Source: an uncultured archaeon (GTDB taxonomy: Archaea; Asgardarchaeota; Thorarchaeia; Thorarchaeales; Thorarchaeaceae). From it: a stretch of DNA of 19,536 nt. Where the stretch lies: NCBI GenBank assembly GCA_964458565.1, contig CAYWJO010000056.1, forward strand, positions 1 through 19,536, in the 5' to 3' direction. Position 1 is the stretch's first letter. Every line of letters starts with the position of its first letter. A program made the translations under genes and the position numbers. Below, piece after piece: positions 14,814-19,536 of the stretch. Below the pieces are notes generated by a model. That model was not told where the DNA came from. It searched no databases and saw only the letters and a program-made list of their open reading frames with translations.

Positions 14814-15473
14814 ATGAAATGGACTGTTAATCGTGCCCTTGTTCTTTCTGCACACACTGATGACATGGAACTTGGAGCTGGTGGTACCGTCAGACAGCTT
14901 ATCGAATCCGGTACCCACGTCAAATCATTGGTATTCAGTGACTGTAGAAAGAGTGTAGATACGAGTAAGTTTCCTGAAGATGTGCTAGTAACGGAATGTA
15001 AAGCGGCTGCTGCTCACCTTGGCATAGAAGATCTTGAAATCCTTCAGATTCCAGTTCGAGAGTTTCCTAATTTCCGGCAAGAGATATTGGAACGGATTTA
15101 TGATACTCGGAGGAACCAACACTTCGATCTTGTTTTAACTAGCTGGCATGGGGACTTGCATCAAGATCATAGGGTAGTTGCTGAGGAAACGCTTCGCGCG
15201 TTCATGAAAACGGATACTACAATTCTAGCATACGAAGTGCCTGGAAATTGTCCTGGATTTACTCCACAGGTTTATGTTCCTTTGAATGAAGATGAGGTCC
15301 AAAAAAAGATTGAAATGCTTCAATCATATAAATCGCAAGTTGTTCGAAGAGGATATTTCGAAATCAATGCAATCAAATCACTGATGGGATATCAGGGAAA
15401 CCATGTTGGTACACCATATGCAGAAGCATTTGTACAGCAGAAGGGTTTCATAGCTGGTTTCAATTCGGTATAG
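14814..15473 (+). CDS. PIG-L/LmbE family N-acetylhexosamine deacetylase
   Basis: Metal-binding motifs SAHTDDMELGAGG and DLHQDH, plus YEVP, KKIEML..YKSQ and YAEAF. ATG 14814 follows GAGG (ORF track start is 14787). Confidence 0.9.
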   Translation: MKWTVNRALVLSAHTDDMELGAGGTVRQLIESGTHVKSLVFSDCRKSVDTSKFPEDVLVTECKAAAAHLGIEDLEILQIPVREFPNFRQEILERIYDTRRNQHFDLVLTSWHGDLHQDHRVVAEETLRAFMKTDTTILAYEVPGNCPGFTPQVYVPLNEDEVQKKIEMLQSYKSQVVRRGYFEINAIKSLMGYQGNHVGTPYAEAFVQQKGFIAGFNSV

Positions 15474-15477
15474 GACG

Positions 15478-16419
15478 TTACTCGTTTCCTACGTAACGGA
15501 TAACATCAATAAGTGCAGAAATGGGATTGGAACCTCTTCCATAATATTTGAGGACATCTGGATCTGTACAATTCCATGTCCCACGTTTTCGTTCATATAG
15601 ATATCCTCGCATCATCTGAGTTCCATGGTCTCGAAGAAATAATCGCCTTAATGCTCGGAAGAAAACTGCCCAAAAAGGTCTACCAACATAATAGTTCAGT
15701 CGACCTAGACGAAACACCCCTTTAGAACTGAATCCAGTTGTAGGACGTTCTAATCGAAGTGGAACACGAAATGTCCGAAGTGTGTACCCTCGTGCGAGTG
15801 CTTTTATATTAAGTAAAGTATCTGGAGCTATGTCCCAATATTCCTGGATTTGACGGACAATAGACCATCTAACTACCTTACCTCCACCCATGGGAAGCTT
15901 CACACGCCGCTTTCCAACTTCTCCAAGGGGTATTCCTGCTACAACTCCAATCTTTTGATAACGCTCCAAAAGCCAGATCAATCTAGGGAAATAATTTGGA
16001 CATGGTTCTGTATCAACATCCATCACGGCGAAGTACTCCACACCTGATTGGTCAATTTTTTTTATGAGTGCTGGTAAGATTTTTTGATAGGCCACACCGA
16101 TAGTGTCCAGATTTCCAATGGTCTTAGAGGGCATAGATTCAACCCAAAATTCAGTTTCAGGTAATTTTGTTTGACATCGTTCGATTTCATTTTTGGATCC
16201 ATCTGCGGACCCATCATCTATCCATAACCAAATTCTTGGCTTTTTAGTTTGCATCGAAATCCAATCGAACGTCTGTTCGATATTTTCCTTCTCATTCCAT
16301 ATATTAGTCACTAAAATATAATCCGAGCTAATAGTTACGTCTTCACACCGATTTTTACAAAAACCACAATACTCATGGAACTGAAACTTAGAATCATTAA
16401 TAGGATTCGTGTGAATCAT
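15478..16419 (-). CDS. Glycosyltransferase family 2 (GT-A)
   Basis: Motifs YILVTNIWNE, IDDGSADGS, MDVD (DxD), YFPRL and APDT. GAGGA RBS precedes ATG 16419. Confidence 0.85.
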   Translation of the reverse strand: MIHTNPINDSKFQFHEYCGFCKNRCEDVTISSDYILVTNIWNEKENIEQTFDWISMQTKKPRIWLWIDDGSADGSKNEIERCQTKLPETEFWVESMPSKTIGNLDTIGVAYQKILPALIKKIDQSGVEYFAVMDVDTEPCPNYFPRLIWLLERYQKIGVVAGIPLGEVGKRRVKLPMGGGKVVRWSIVRQIQEYWDIAPDTLLNIKALARGYTLRTFRVPLRLERPTTGFSSKGVFRLGRLNYYVGRPFWAVFFRALRRLFLRDHGTQMMRGYLYERKRGTWNCTDPDVLKYYGRGSNPISALIDVIRYVGNE

Positions 16420-16500
16420 CTTGATGTCCTCATGTACATGTGACTTATCCTGTTGAAATCACTTTGGTCACCTATATAAGACCAACCAAAGGAGGTGTTA

Positions 16501-17499
16501 TTGGTCGACTTGAGAATTTTACACCTGTCAAATGCAGGATTACCTGATCTGCGTATAGAGAAGATGGCAAATACTATGAAGAAAGAAGGACATGAACTTC
16601 TATTTCTTGGAGGTCGTCCCATTCGAGGCCAGAATCTCGGAGCATTTGATCTGACCTATTCTCTTCTCCTGCCTAGCTCCTTCAGAGTAGTATATGATCC
16701 GCGAGTCGAGAACCAATGGGTAAAACGTATCTCTGAACTCAAGCCTGACATTGTTCACGCACATAATTGTACTATTGCAAAATTCATGTTAAAGACAGAT
16801 TTTCCTACCATTTTTGATGACCATGAGTATTATAGTAAACAAAGTTCTAGATATGATGTCTGGCCTTTCTTCAAGAAGCAGTTGGTTAAACCGATGATTA
16901 AACGATTCCCAATCTGGGAGCGTCAACTTCTAGAGCGATATCCCACTCTCACTTCTAACAAAAATATAGCCAAAGAGCATCGGAAATTCGGATCATTTGT
17001 TGAGCCAGTTCCTAATGTGCCAACACGAAATCAAGTTGCTGATTTACCTGATACTGATGAGCGTGGTGGTTATGTTTACGTGGGAAACGATTTCAAATTG
17101 AAGCGATTCCTTCCACATAGAGATATGACTGGATTAACAGATATTCTGCAGTTTGATGTAATCACTGGATTGACTCACCGCGAAATGATGGAACGATTAA
17201 TGCACTATGAGGTAGGTCTCACTCCGTGGCACAAACACCAATGGCATCCCTATTCAGAAGCAAACAAGAACTACGAGTATATGCATGCTGGAATGCCAGT
17301 GTTAACAAATACAATCATTAAGAAACAGAACTTTCCCGATGATCCATTTGTTTACTCATTCGATTCCTATGATGAAATCCTTGATGTTTTGAATGATATT
17401 CCTGAACATGATAGAACAAAAATACAAGAGCATGCACTTAATGAGTATGTATGGGAGCTTAGTGAGCCGGTTATTAGAGAAGCTTACAAACGTGCATAG
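16501..17499 (+). CDS. Glycosyltransferase family 4-like (GT-B)
   Basis: Motifs RILHLS, DLRIEK, KPDIVHAHN, IFDDHEY and ANKNYEYMHAGMPVL. The GGAGGTG RBS at 16491-16497 implies TTG 16501 (or 16510) rather than GTG 16495. Confidence 0.85.
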   Translation: MVDLRILHLSNAGLPDLRIEKMANTMKKEGHELLFLGGRPIRGQNLGAFDLTYSLLLPSSFRVVYDPRVENQWVKRISELKPDIVHAHNCTIAKFMLKTDFPTIFDDHEYYSKQSSRYDVWPFFKKQLVKPMIKRFPIWERQLLERYPTLTSNKNIAKEHRKFGSFVEPVPNVPTRNQVADLPDTDERGGYVYVGNDFKLKRFLPHRDMTGLTDILQFDVITGLTHREMMERLMHYEVGLTPWHKHQWHPYSEANKNYEYMHAGMPVLTNTIIKKQNFPDDPFVYSFDSYDEILDVLNDIPEHDRTKIQEHALNEYVWELSEPVIREAYKRA

Positions 17500-17511
17500 A
17501 TGGTGACTAAA

Positions 17512-18312
17512 ATGAAGAAACTCCTGCAGATTCATGAAATTACCTGCAGTAGTGCTATTATCGCCAGTTACATGGAGCAGAGGGGGTGGAAGTGCAGGGT
17601 AATTGCACGAGAGGTATTTGACAAGCATGAGTGTTCCAAGCAATTCCATGACTATGTATTAGTCAAGGGAGGAGTCAAGCGTTTATATGCGATCATTGTG
17701 AAGAACCTTATGACATTTCGTCCCAATCTGATACTTGTCCGCAGTAGGTATGAGCTACTACCTACTATCAGGTCTTTTGCTCCAAGAACTCCCATAATAC
17801 TACAATTTCATGGTAGCGAAATTCGAGGAAAATCCGAACTTCCTTGGCAAGCGAAATATGCGACAAAATTGATTGCATCAACTAAAGATATCTCTCAATG
17901 GGGTGAATATTACGGAACTCCAATTTCACCAGCTTTCACTCCTCCACAACCTGGCATACGTGAAAAAGGGACTGCTTTATTTCTAAGAACTCGATTTGGT
18001 GCAAAGGATTGCTTAGATGAGGCAAACCAATTTTGCAAAAAGCATGGTTTGAAGCTCACAGTGATTGACCGTACAAAAGGTGAATATATTCCCCATTCAG
18101 AAATGCCGAGTCTGATGCAGAAACATGAATGGTATCTTGATTTGAAAGGACTAACATCAGGTGAGGTTCTGAGTAAAACAGCTATAGAGTTCCTACATAC
18201 TACCGATGATATGTCTCCAGGTAAGGTCCTGACGGATGATGGAACAGTCATCACCGATTTTCAATCGACAACCAATGAAGAATACTACGAGTTGTTTGAA
18301 TCGATGACTTAA
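17512..18312 (+). CDS. Compact GT-B fold glycosyltransferase-like protein
   Basis: Motifs IILQFHGSEIR, IPHSEMPSLMQKHEWYLD and LSKTAIE, in an operon with the GT4 gene. ATG 17512 follows GGTGA (alternative 17500). Confidence 0.65.
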   Translation: MKKLLQIHEITCSSAIIASYMEQRGWKCRVIAREVFDKHECSKQFHDYVLVKGGVKRLYAIIVKNLMTFRPNLILVRSRYELLPTIRSFAPRTPIILQFHGSEIRGKSELPWQAKYATKLIASTKDISQWGEYYGTPISPAFTPPQPGIREKGTALFLRTRFGAKDCLDEANQFCKKHGLKLTVIDRTKGEYIPHSEMPSLMQKHEWYLDLKGLTSGEVLSKTAIEFLHTTDDMSPGKVLTDDGTVITDFQSTTNEEYYELFESMT

Positions 18313-18394
18313 CGGAATCATCACAATTATGAAGTACATATTTGTATCCATCGGAAGAACTTAAATCATCAATAACTTGGAACTCAGTAGAGAA

Positions 18395-19536
18395 ATGGAA
18401 TCTGAAGAAAAACCCATCAGTCGTGATAGATACAGCTTGAATGTTGTCGCGGAATCTTTCTCTCGTGCTTTGACATTCATTAGCGGTTTATTGTCTACAA
18501 CCCTTCTGTATAGAGCAGTTGCAGCAGGGTCTTGGACACTAGACGAGTATGGTGCAGTAAAAGTTCTTACGAACGTCAATCAGTTACTGCTCCCAATCAT
18601 ACTTCTGGGTTTGAATGGTGCAGCCCTCAAAATAATAGCTGAGTATAGCTCAGATAGAAAGAAGCTTGGGCAGACCATTGGCAACTCGGTTCTTATTGTA
18701 ACGCTTGCATACTTTGTTGTTGCGTTAGTATCAGTCTTTTTTGATATGGATATGTTTCTTCTTGGTAGTGAAACTCAGATTCTGGATGCTAGTGCTCTCC
18801 GATTGTATTGGTTTCTGATAATATTCTCGTTACTACCAACAGCTTATCTTAGAATCGTAAAAACTGCGTTTTCAGGAATCCAGAGAATGAAAAAGACTCT
18901 GGTTGTGGATATTGTTTACAATCTATTTTGGATTATCTCGCTTCTTTATTTATTCCTAACAACAATGGTCAATATCTATAACATTCTTCTCCTGAATCTC
19001 ATCCAAATCATTCTGGGTACAACCTTAGGATTAGGGCTTTTAATTAGAGAATGTAGAATTAATGAGATTAAAATTAGCTTTCGACCTGATGGTGAGATTT
19101 TATCAAAACTGCGTGTTCTTGCGGCTGTCTTCTTCGTTAGTGCATTGGTTACTGCGAGTCTAAATAATCTGACAGTTATTTGGATGAATCAATATGGAAC
19201 CTTGAGTGATGTAGGATTATTCTCGATAGCTCAAGGAATCACAGTTACTGTAAGGATGGTCATTGGAGCTCCTCTAGTTGTACTCGGTCCTAATCTAACC
19301 GCAGATTATGCAAGAGGGCGAATTGATGAGGTATATCGAAAATTCAAGGAGGCCTCACATATGTTAGTGCCAACGTACGCCTTTGCATTTGCCTCTATTT
19401 TCGCATTCGCAACTCCTGCGTTGAGAGTCATATATGGTGCTGAAGGTGTTGCTGCAACGGGATTTCTACAATTGCTTTCATTCAATGTTATTTTCGTTGT
19501 GATTCCAGGAATATACACTTACCTCTATCTAGCCGC
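18395..19536 (+). CDS. Wzx/MOP-superfamily oligosaccharide flippase (3' truncated by window edge)
   Basis: Absent from the ORF track because there is no stop in the window. My translation from ATG 18395 is open to the end: MESEEKPISRDRYSLNVVAESFSRALTFISGLLSTTLLYR...DEYGAV...LGLNGAALKIIAEY...GIQRMKK...DVGLFSIAQ...LRVIYG. It has many hydrophobic segments, and the EYG and VGLF motifs are typical of Wzx. Confidence 0.88.
   Translation, partial: MESEEKPISRDRYSLNVVAESFSRALTFISGLLSTTLLYRAVAAGSWTLDEYGAVKVLTNVNQLLLPIILLGLNGAALKIIAEYSSDRKKLGQTIGNSVLIVTLAYFVVALVSVFFDMDMFLLGSETQILDASALRLYWFLIIFSLLPTAYLRIVKTAFSGIQRMKKTLVVDIVYNLFWIISLLYLFLTTMVNIYNILLLNLIQIILGTTLGLGLLIRECRINEIKISFRPDGEILSKLRVLAAVFFVSALVTASLNNLTVIWMNQYGTLSDVGLFSIAQGITVTVRMVIGAPLVVLGPNLTADYARGRIDEVYRKFKEASHMLVPTYAFAFASIFAFATPALRVIYGAEGVAATGFLQLLSFNVIFVVIPGIYTYLYLA

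Noticed and set aside
2129-19518. Numerous short antisense or alternate-frame ORFs (e.g. 2129..2323, 4542..4799, 5046..5282, 8321..8641, 8651..8956, 13843..14187, 14688..14918, 16416..16622, 17910..18254, 18361..18579, 19306..19518)
   Set aside because: They lie within or largely overlap well-supported genes, show the Ser/Ile/Phe-rich composition typical of shadow frames, and have no motifs.

Overview
A gene-dense, AT-rich archaeal chromosomal segment with 21 CDS and no RNA genes, CRISPR array or intact mobile element visible. GGTGA/GAGGTG ribosome-binding sites, TATA-like boxes and many TTG starts point to an archaeon. Tandem longin proteins and a eukaryote-type split Alg14/Alg13 pair suggest an Asgard lineage, possibly Thorarchaeia (inference, not verified). 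The left half holds the 3' end of a NifB-like radical SAM gene, then a minus-strand run: AmrS-type radical SAM, DUF2797-like Zn-finger protein ending in a perfect PCNA PIP-box, and two paralogous longin + tandem winged-helix proteins with NPRL2/NPRL3 (GATOR1)-like architecture. These are followed by a helical hypothetical, a long coiled-coil protein with C-terminal wHTH, a cytoplasmic transglutaminase-like enzyme, a PD-(D/E)XK nuclease, a small alpha/beta protein and a basic protein that appears to have the RdgC (CENP-L/N-like) fold. The right half is a glycan biosynthesis/modification cluster (Alg13, Alg14, HAD phosphatase, ATP-grasp ligase, PIG-L deacetylase, GT2, two GT-B enzymes, Wzx-type flippase running off the end). 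It is interrupted by an FAD oxidoreductase + HdrD/GlcF-type Fe-S protein operon whose second gene carries an SCP2-like C-terminal domain. All family calls come from motif recognition by eye; no searches were run.
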